The notes beneath the pieces are model-generated. The model ran no database searches. It was not told where the DNA came from and saw nothing but the letters and a program-made list of their open reading frames with translations. Below are positions 36,501 to 45,421 of a DNA stretch of 64,000 nt, one piece after another (positions within the stretch are counted from its first letter, which is position 1; every line of letters starts with the position of its first letter). The position numbers were made by a program, and so were the translations under genes. This DNA is from Macrostomum lignano (taxonomy: Eukaryota): contig NIVC01002440.1 in assembly GCA_002269645.1 (NCBI GenBank), positions 1 through 64,000 on the forward strand, given 5' to 3'.

Positions 36501-39303
36501 TTGCAAAAAGGTATATTAGCATTAACATGAGATATTAACATTAACATGAGATAAAAATTAGAGATATAGTCCATTGACAGTTTTTAGATTTCTCACGCGG
36601 TATACCTCCTGACCTTAGTTTGATTGATTAAAGTTAAACGTACAATTTTCAAACTTGCAATTTCCAAACAGTGAGCTTGCACTCTGGGAACTACCGACTG
36701 CAATAGAGTAGTTGGTAGCAGATCTCGTGAATGAGTTCTTAGTAGACACAACAGAGCTAGTCGAGCAGTCGGTAGCCGATCTCTCGATTACGTCTCCAGT
36801 CGATACAACCGACCTGTTCGATGCGGTAAAGCTTGTTTCAGACCGGCCTGGAACAGCCAGTCGACGACTAATAGTGTTTGATAGATCAACCTTCTTCGAG
36901 AACTTCATTCTCTTGTTGTAGAGGTCCACACTCTCGATTCTTTTGTGGCCGGTTACGACTTGAATGTCTGATCTAGTGACTTCATCTTCGATAAGATTTG
37001 ACACTACCGACGCTCGAATGCAATGATTTGTGTGGGAACGGCAACTCAGACCAGCCTGATCGCACAGTTTTTTTCATAAACTCGTTCAACCAATTCTTGC
37101 CAAGCACCAGGGTCTTGTGGTACCATATACCGTCATTGTCGGCTTGATTCAAAGGCTTGGGCCAGAGACAGGCAACATCTTCTGGAATGACCGACAGATA
37201 CAACTCAATCGCCCGTACAGGACATGAGCCTGGATAATCCGGTGTCTCGGCTAAGATAATGCTCTTAGATGTCGACGGATTACTATCAGACACGGTTTTT
37301 TCGATAGATGTCTTCAGCAGGTCCACATAGCGAACACCGTCACGATCGTAAATTATCATATCGGCCTTAGTCAACTCTCGCAGCCACTCCCTGCCGCGAA
37401 AACCAAAGCCATAAACAATCTTGAACAGAACTTCAAATTGCAGTCGAGTTGGCGTCGAACGATCGAAATAGAGGCGTAGGCGGTTGAAGTCTTCGTCGTC
37501 AATTGGACAGTACTTTGGACCGCTGCCTACAGCCTTTTTTGCTGAAGCGATTTGACCAACATAGCCTTGTACGTTCGATCAAACGATAAGAACGCATCGT
37601 TGCCAATCAGCTTCAGATTTCGCTTCTCTAATAAATACCAGTGCACAGATGCGCGAAAATACGGCAGTGTACTTACAGCATATGGCTTCCATCAGCTGTT
37701 TTTAACTGAACGAAGAACAGGCGTAGATAGGATCTTTTAGTTTGCGAATATGCAATTCAGTTTGCTTAACCGTCGACTTCCGTTTACTTTCTTGCTCCAC
37801 ATGATGTAGGCCAGCTTCTTCTTCTTCGGTCAATTCACGAAACAGGTTTCCAACGTGATCTTCCGGCGTACGATTGCGTAGTTCCTCATCAATTAGCCTC
37901 TCTTGCTCATCCGTCAGCCCTGTCCATTGACCGATTCTGTCGACATGGTCCGAGGATCGAGATGCGTGATGAAATCGAGCTCATCTGAGCTCAATCCACT
38001 AATTTCGTCTTCGCGTATTGAAGAATAACGCAGCATATTCGACAAACAGTAAAGGAATAAAAACACGATGGATTTTTTTCTAACATGACTTCAACATGAC
38101 TTAATATGACAGGTCTCGAGTGCTTAGGCCATAGACAATTCAAGAAAAAGCGGGCGAGAAATGAAGCCAATAGCTTACTTCAAATGGAATTAGACCATAG
38201 AATGGAATGACTTGCAGCAGCATTGTCTTTTCACAAAGAATTTGGGTGTTTTTGGTTTTGCTGCAGTGAAGTATGCCTTCCGCAAAATCGCGAAAACAGT
38301 GTGCTGCCTATGGCTGTCCAAATTTTTCCTATCGTTGTCCACCAGAAACGAGGTTTCACAGCTTTCCTTCAAACCGTGCCCGGTAAGCTTAGTCGACTAG
38401 TGACCAATATATTAATATAGTTAGGCTGTTGAGGGCAGAAATGAGCGAAACAGACGAGGCGCGAATATATTAGTATTGTAGCCAATCTAAGCCTGCCAAC
38501 GCAGCGGGCGAGAAATACCATTGAATATATCTTGTGCCGCACATTTGAGTAATAGTCTATGGCTACTTATGTTTCTTCACCGGATTAGTAGTTTGTACGC
38601 GTATTTCTACGCAGTTTAATTTCATAAAATCGATGATTGAGCATTCTGGGTAAGTTCTGTGGTGTCTGTGTGATGCCTCTTGACCTGAGCTGTGTGCTCA
38701 TCAGTGTATGTGTGATGCCTCTTGACCTGAGCTGTGTGCTCAGCAGTGTCTGTGTGATGCCTCTTGACCTGAGCTGTGTGCTCAGCAGTGTCTCTGTCAG
38801 GGGCGTCGCCATGGACATGTACATGACTAAATTCCTTCATTTCCATTATTGTGAGAATCGAGTTGTCAGCGCTCATTTTGGCGCCGCAGGTACTCATTTT
38901 AGCGCCGTAGGCACTCATCTTGGCGCCGAAGGCGCTATATTTTGGCGCCTTGAAGAAAAAATATTGATGACCACAACGAGTCACAATGTGGGGGTGGGGG
39001 GACAAAGCAGTGGCATGCCTCCCCATAGCTTTTACTTGGGGGGACACGTCCCACCTGTCCCCCCCCCCTAATGGCGACGCACCTGGTCTCTGTGACGTGT
39101 GCTGTGTGCTCATCAAGTGTCTGTCCGACATGCCACTGCAGATAAAGTGCAGCGGCGGAGAGCTTGGCCGGCCGGAGGGCTTCACGGCGGCCCGCAGTCG
39201 CAGCAAACTCATCATCGGCTGGCACAGAGCCGAGCAGGACGCCGCACTCTGCAACTTGGCGGTCTGCAACTTGGCAGATTTCTTCTCCGAGAAGGATTTT
39301 TAA
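33595..39303 (+). CDS. Profilin-like protein with ~55-aa N-terminal extension; exons 33595-33996 and 39142-39303 (187 aa)
   Basis: [25 protein letters not shown] resembles the profilin N-terminus. [20 protein letters not shown]|IKCSGG...[15 protein letters not shown]...[17 protein letters not shown] resembles the profilin core and C-terminal helix. Phase-0 splice GGG|GTGAGT...CTGCAG|ATA. Confidence 0.8.
34027..34396. repeat. 41-bp minisatellite (ctgtgtgctcatcagtgtctgtgtgatgtctctgacctgag), left part; resumes at 38662-38797
   Basis: Tandem copies interrupted by the element at 34397-38661; same unit at 42870-43050. Confidence 0.95.
34963..35304 (-). CDS. Internally deleted YR derivative with open frame (YR-3, 113 aa)
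   Basis: N-terminus [22 protein letters not shown] matches YR-4 [22 protein letters not shown]; C-terminus FHNCTFNF matches YR-4 FENCTFNF; no catalytic core. Confidence 0.65.
   Translation of the reverse strand: MQIGKVAMIRYANIPGGEICGLSTDELAFVTRESSTRYVLEMDNLDASSSSNGLPELGSEDLEIDDDAESTIESVTTGSDRGELMKAPEGGQDLPRSLCGGQFHNCTFNFYGK
35795..36513 (-). mobile_element. Tc1/mariner (IS630-like) deletion derivative, 174-bp TIRs, TA TSD
   Basis: TIRs 35795-35968 and 36340-36513; flanks reconstitute the palindrome gctaaTAttagc. Internal ORF start [19 protein letters not shown]...[15 protein letters not shown]...PLPRGG is a paired-like HTH transposase N-terminus. Confidence 0.85.
36615..38036 (-). pseudogene. 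Crypton-type tyrosine recombinase (YR-4), multiply frameshifted
   Basis: Pieces across frames: [107 protein letters not shown]. Confidence 0.88.
38798..39085. mobile_element. hAT-type MITE, 288 bp, 8-bp TSD
   Basis: Ends CAGGGGCGTCGCCAT ... ATGGCGACGCACCTG; GTCTCTGT duplicated at 38790-38797 and 39086-39093. Confidence 0.85.
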
Positions 39304-39769
39304 TTTTTTAAATAAAGTTCCAGTCTGTTTGTTCGGGCCGATTTCATGCTCAGTGAGACTTGCTATCTGTTGAGAAGGTGACCGCGGTAGTGACAAAGAG
39401 TATATAATTCATGTTTCTAAGTCCTTACATGTATTTGGATGTCCTTGCGCTTTCTAAAGCTGCGCCTCATAGCGGATTGTTCATCGGAACTGTATGTAAG
39501 CCCAAATTGTCGTTTCTTTTCAAAGAGCTTACGCATCAAATACACTGAAGATTGATTGAACACTTAAAGCGGGAAGGAATTTAAGAGGATTTTAGTTTGT
39601 TTGTATGATATGGCAGACATATTTAATCGTAGTAACTGATTTTTCTCTGGAACCATCGTAAGCAATGCGCTCGTAATCAGCATCCATTTTTAGCTTATGA
39701 GCAAGGCCTGAAATGCCAATAATTGTACACAATCCTTGCTGGCTGCCATACATTAAATGTGGGAGCACG

Positions 39770-39930
39770 AGAAATGCCCGCAGACGAATTGCCCGCCGAG
39801 CTTTTCCCGCCGAGATTTTCCCGCAGTGCATTTTGCCCGTGAGCGAATTGCCCGCCGAGATTTGCCCGCAGTGCATTTTGCCCGTGAGCGAATTGCCCGC
39901 CGAGATTTGCCCGCAGTGCATTTTCCGCCC
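39770..39930. repeat. 45-bp tandem repeat built from ttgcccg sub-units
   Basis: gaattgcccgccgagatttgcccgcagtgcattttgcccgtgagc about 3 times; may be a sub-repeated transposon end. Confidence 0.8.
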
Positions 39931-40676
39931 CCCCCCTGAACAAATTTCTGGTGCGCAACTGTCACGTCAGAGTAGTATTGGCCTGAAATGACATCCTCGT
40001 TTCGTCTTTATTTGCTTTATACAAATACCTTGCATATAAATACTTTGTTTTTCCACTTGTGCCGTTGTGCGCAGATCGGAAGCGATAACCTTGCTAATAA
40101 GAAAGCCCGGTCGACCCCAAGGGTAGGAGAGGTGAAGAGGAAGGATAAAGAAACAGGAAAGGCTTGGCGCGGCCCCACGGCCACAACTCTTTCTGCTTTA
40201 GGCCTTCTGGTGGTTCTGGCTGGCTGGGGTCCCAGAGTTGAATAATGGCGGCACATAGGGGCAGGGAGGGCTCGCTTTGCTGTTGGCCCCCTTATTAGTG
40301 ACTCACGGGGCCTAGCCCAGTTCTTTAAGTATTATAAACCGCCTTGCGTGGGCCCCCAAATCATGGGGGTCTGCGCGGGGTTGGGGGTGGTGGGGCAGGC
40401 TTTATGCCATCCTTCACTGTACATCCTTCCGAGGGACACAAGGGGGTTTTACAACCCCATCGAACGCAGCACCCAGGCCTCCCCCAGGCCCCTCCGGATC
40501 GGGAATGATTCACTCGGGCCCGCCCGAGAGGCCCAGGCCAGCTTTAAACTGAGATTTTCTGTCTGGAGAGGCGGCGGGCGTATAAAATATCTGCTTAGTG
40601 AGTTAGTAGGACTGCCTGAGAGCCTGCTAACATTTCTGCATTCAAACGAAGCTCCTGCCAAATTCACTACGCGCCA

Positions 40677-43612
40677 ATGGAGCAGCAGAACTCGGCGGAG
40701 CTGCACGTATCATCGTCTGGCTCTCTGGCTGGCGCCGGCGAGAATCTCAACCGGAGCATGTTCAATGCCAGCCTGGACTCGTCGCTTAACTGCAGCCCGG
40801 GCGGCATCAATCCCAGGAGGGTAAGCGCCATGCGCACTGTGATTGGAATTATCAGGTTTGGGATTTGGATTAGCGCTTAGCTAAAAGTTATTGGAGATTT
40901 CCCTACTCCATCTTAACAGGATAAATCAAACATGAATCTAATAACTGAGTAACTCTGACTTAAAACCATAGTAATGAAATGAAAGCTTAAATTCAATATC
41001 AGGGAACTTTTTAGCAACCTCCAAAAGCAAATTTCAAGTGTAAATTTCAAAGAATCATGAAAATTTATGGTGCCTAAATAAATATTGCATCAATAATTGA
41101 AAAGTACATGCTGCTCTCTCTCTCACTCAATTGGGTAAACGGCGAGAGTAACTATGCTTAAATTTATGTAATGAAATGCTTTGCCATCTCAATACACACT
41201 CGCCCATCACAATTGACAGCGCGAAAGCAAGTCCCGGGCCGAGAAGAAGCGCAGGGACCGGATTAACGCCTGCTTTGAGCGGATGCACCAGCTGCTCAGG
41301 GAGGAGGAGCTCAAAGGAGGCGGTGTTGCCGCCGACATCTCCACGGAGTTCTGCCTCGGTGGCCAGCAGTTCAGTCCGGGCACCGAGAAGGCGGAGATCC
41401 TAGAGCAGATGATCCGCTTTGTTGAGCAGCTCAAGCGGGAAAGGCGCTGCCAGGGCCCGCCGCCCGCTGCCCCCGCCGCTGCCCTGATGGACTCCAAGGC
41501 CGCCGCCTCCACGCCTGACCGCCTGCGGCCTGCGGCTGCCGAGGGTGAGGCTGCAGTGCTGACTACAGCATCCCCTGACTACAGCACCCCCTGACTACAG
41601 CACCCCTGGCTACAGCACCCCCTGACTACAGCACGCCCTGACTACAGCACGCCCTGACTACAGCACCCCTGGCTACAGCACCCCCTGACTACAGCACGCC
41701 CTGACTACAGCACCCCTGGCTACAGCACGCCCTGGCTACAGCACCCCCTGACTACAGCACCCCCTGACTACAGCACCCCCTGACTACAGCACCCCTGGCT
41801 ACAGCACTCTTGACTACAGCACCCCCTGACTACAGCACCCCCTGGCTACAGCACTCCCTGACTACAGCACCCCCTGACTACAGCACCCCTTGACTACAGC
41901 ACCCTTGACTACAGCACCCCCTGACTACAGCACTCTTGACTACAGCACCCTTGACTACAGCACCCCCTGACTACAGCACTCTTGACTACAGCACCCCCTG
42001 ACTACAGCACCCCCTGACTACAGCACCCCCTGGCTACAGCACCCCCTGACTACAGCACCCCCAGACTACAGCACCCCTGACTACAGCACCCTTGACTACA
42101 GCACCCCCTGACTACAGCACCCCCTGACTACCTACAGCACCCTTGACTACAGCATCCTGACTATAACACCCCTGACTACATCAACCCTGACTACAGCACC
42201 TGTCCCTGACTGACTGCGGCGTACAGTACCTCTCCCAGTCTCCCAAATTGTCTTCCTCGGGTACCTGCTGCTATCCTTATTTTTTATTAGAGGCAGGGGG
42301 TTGTGTGCACCCTGGCGCACTTTAAGCGACATAGGCACACAACCTACGAGAGGCATTACTGTCCATTCCGCCGACTCCCCTGAGCAGGCATACAAGCGCG
42401 CGGATACGTACGCAGGCACACACTCACACAGTAGTGTACAGCGGCCCTAACTTTATTTTATCGTTAGGCATGTACACTTCACTGCGCCTTGGGGGGTTGG
42501 CTCTCAAGGCCGTTAATTGCACGAGCAGAGCCAAGCCGAGATTCCAATTCAGCCCCAAATTAATGTGACTGCACTTGGAATCGAGCCTGGGTCGCTGGCA
42601 CACCAGAGTAGCTGTGCTACCGCTGGGCTACGGCCCCCTCGCTGCTATCCTTAACTCACCACCTCACACCGGAATCCCCAATCCAGACAGCCTGATCCGC
42701 AGCTACCTGACTGGCTACAAGAAGGGCATCCAGAACATCTTCATCCTGATTGACCGGCTGTGCCACGAGTCCGAGCGCCTGACCAAAGCCGAACTTGTGG
42801 ACAAAATTAAAAAGTGAGAATTTTTATTCATCCATTCGCTGTCTTACCGACTTGTCTATGGCAAAAACTGTCAGCTCATCAGTGTCTGTGTGATGTCTCT
42901 GACCTGAGCTGTGTGCTCATCAGTGTCTGTGTGATGTCTCTGACCTGAGCTGTGTGCTCATCAGTGTCTGTGTGATGTCTCTGACCTGAGCTGTGTGCTC
43001 ATGTGTCTGATTAGTCTATGGCCTGAGCTGTGTGCTCATGTGTCTGATTAGTCTATGGCCTAAGACATTTTCTTACATTTCTCCGCTCGTACTTACAGTA
43101 GCAAAAGCAGAATAGTCAGATGCTGACTGAGCTCAAACCCAACCCGCAGGGGCTATCTGGACAATGCGGACTCGCCTGCGGCTATCGGGCGCGAGAAACT
43201 GGCCGCGCTCGCGTCCGCTCCCGCGCCCTCCCCCATATCCGCCCCCTCCGCCGCCGCCAGCCGGCCGGCCCTGGGCGATCTGTCCAATCAGCACTCGGCG
43301 ACCCCGCCGACCCCGAAGAAGTTGTCGACAACTTCGCTGGCCGCAGCTAGCGCCACCGCCACGGCCGCCGCGGCGCTCATTGAGCTGTCGGCCTCGCCGA
43401 ACCCTCGGTCGGCACCGCCCCCGCCGATGCGGCAGCTGCAGCCGCCGGCGAAGAAGCGGCGCGCCTTTCGCGAGCAGCCGCCGCCGCCGGAGCAGCCGCG
43501 CTACGAGCCGATTTCGCCCGGGCCGTACGAGCCGACGGTGATCGGCGACCGTTGTTGCCTTGACGACAGCGGTGGCGTGCCCACCGGAGACAGCCTCTGG
43601 AGACCTTGGTGA
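40677..43612 (+). CDS. Hairy/Enhancer-of-split-family bHLH-Orange repressor; exons 40677-40820, 41220-41544, 42687-42813, 43150-43612 (352 aa)
   Basis: All splice phases match (0,1,2). bHLH EKKRRDRINACFERMHQLL...EKAEILEQMIRFV; Orange-like YLTGYKKGIQNIFILIDRL; C-terminal WRPW-stop. Confidence 0.92.
41565..42200. repeat. 17-19-bp minisatellite (gactacagcaccccct) in HES intron 2
   Basis: Tandem copies begin ~20 bp after the donor. Confidence 0.95.
42278..42637 (-). mobile_element. tRNA-derived SINE, full length (~360 bp)
   Basis: Minus strand starts GGGGCCGTAGCCCAGCGGTAGC (A box) ... GGCTCGATTCC (B box) and ends ctctaataaaaaa. Homologous copies at 53925-54235 and 60270-60403/61125-61180. Confidence 0.82.
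42870..43050. repeat. 41-bp minisatellite, same family as 34027-34396
   Basis: Same unit; period 41 (gacctgag at 42901 and 42942). Confidence 0.93.
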
Positions 43613-44299
43613 CCGGCCTTTGCAATAAAAAGCTTTCGACAGCGTCCTTAGCAACGGATAAACACTTTAATATACTTAGCAAGCCAATAAAACTTGTGGT
43701 GCCCCTTGCAACCAATATTTGACCAATATTAACGCCCTTAGCAACCGAATAGCCCTATTGACAACCAATATTTGAACATGTACATACCGTTGAAATGCTG
43801 GCATGTGTGCACTCACTTTTTAGACATTTTCAGTTAACGGAGCAGCAAACAGTATCTTTATTTTTTACTCATCAATGCCTCCTTAGCTTGTTGCTCAGTA
43901 AAAATTTCTGTACATAAAATTCAGCTTGGCAGGTCTGAAATGTTCGCGTGGACCCAACCTGCCATGCCGCCTGTACACAAAGCCAGAATTCTAATATCCT
44001 CCTGACTGAGTGCTTCTCCATTTTTCTGTCTCGATTACACTACTGGCTTCAGTAGCAAGTAGCGGGTGTGAAGCTGATGCGTCGACAATATTTTTTGTGT
44101 TCTTAGTTGTTTGACTTCTATGAATAATTTTGTTTCTCTGACTGTAAATGTCTGCTCTCGTGTTTGAAGCGAAATGTTTTTTTCATTTTTGCTGTTTGAT
44201 GAAATACAAATTCGTTATTTGGTACATAAATGTATAATTTCTCTTCGGGCGAAGCCTCCTTCATTAAGGCATGTAACGGTTTTCCAACGATGGTGACAG

Positions 44300-44715
44300 A
44301 GCATGTCAGAGCTTTCTGACAATGGTGCCAGAGCATGTCAGATGTTTCTGACAATGGTGCCAGAGCATGTCAGAGGTTTCTGACAATGGTGCCAGAGCAT
44401 GTCAGATGTTTCTGACAATGGTGCCAGAGCATGTCAGAGCTTTCTGACAATGGTGCCAGAGCATGTTAGAGCTTTCTGACAATGGTGCCAGAGCATGTTA
44501 GAGCTTTCTGACAATGGTGCCAGAGCATGTTAGAGCTTTCTGACAATGGTGCCAGAGCATGTATGATGGTGCCAGAGCATGTCAGAGGTTTCTGACAGTG
44601 GTGCCAGAGTATGTCAGAGGTTGCTGACAATGGTGCCAGAGCATGTCAGGAGTTTCTGACAGTACATGGCGCCAGTGCATGTCAAGGGTTTCTGACAATG
44701 GCGCCAAAAGCATGT
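44300..44715. repeat. 32-bp minisatellite with internal inverted repeat (catgtcagagctttctgacaatggtgccagag)
   Basis: Tandem copies; tgtcaga/tctgaca hairpin in each unit. Confidence 0.94.
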
Positions 44716-45421
44716 CGCAGGGATAGAAACATTTTATTACATGCTGTTGCGTTTGTAAGCTTTGAAATGTGTCCAAAAGTGAGATTCGAAATGGCGATAG
44801 GCCAGGAGCGGTTTGAGTTCTCGGTTTTTTGTCAGTCTGGCTGCTTCCCTGAACTGCAGGTACATGGTTAGGTACATTAAAATTAGTGCATGTACATGAG
44901 ACCTACATGTACCCGAAGCCACACACGAAGCCACATAACTCACAGAAGGCACAGTATGAATGTACATAAAAACTCCACCTGTTTACGCATTGGCGAGCAG
45001 CAACTCCAACTCAGGCCGCACTGCCGCACTGCTCCAGTCGTCATTAGAAAATGACGCGAGTTTAAAGCAATTACAAGCGCTGGTGCAAATACTGTACTGT
45101 AGTGCACATGCACTAAGGATTTGGGAAATTGTAGCTGGGGCGCTGGGGAATAGGAAGCGAAAGAAAAAATAGCCATACAAGTATCCAATATGCACATTAG
45201 CATCTGTACATGTACACTGTTCTTTTTGGATGAGGATGTCTACCATCTACAACTCTACAGGGGTTTTCAGTTGTTAAAGGAGAATGTTGGCATTTTAAAC
45301 AGGGAATTTCTGAAGGAAAACATGTGTTTTTTAAAGAAGAAATCAGTTAACCGTATGATCACAAGAGCGTCACCAAAAGAGCGCTGCCGACAGACCGCAG
45401 TTCTCTACATCTTCACAAACT

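Larger units (their letters stand above)
34397..38661 (-). mobile_element. P-superfamily-like DNA transposon derivative (~135-bp TIRs, 7-bp TSD) containing nested YR elements
   Basis: CACAGAACTTACCCAGAATGCTCAATC... at 34397 is inverted at 38661. GTGTCTG is duplicated (34390-34396, 38662-38668) relative to the host satellite unit. Remnant [28 protein letters not shown]...FINLK (34756-34520) resembles a P/THAP9 transposase C-terminus. Confidence 0.75.

Noticed and set aside
42560-42637. tRNA-like A/B boxes as a tRNA gene
   Set aside because: No convincing cloverleaf or acceptor stem; continues into a ~290-bp body repeated elsewhere, so it is a SINE.
28950-43062. GTCTATGG as an RFX X-box
   Set aside because: Spacing and the right half-site do not fit GTHNYY-AT-RRNAAC; position tracks mobile-element ends.
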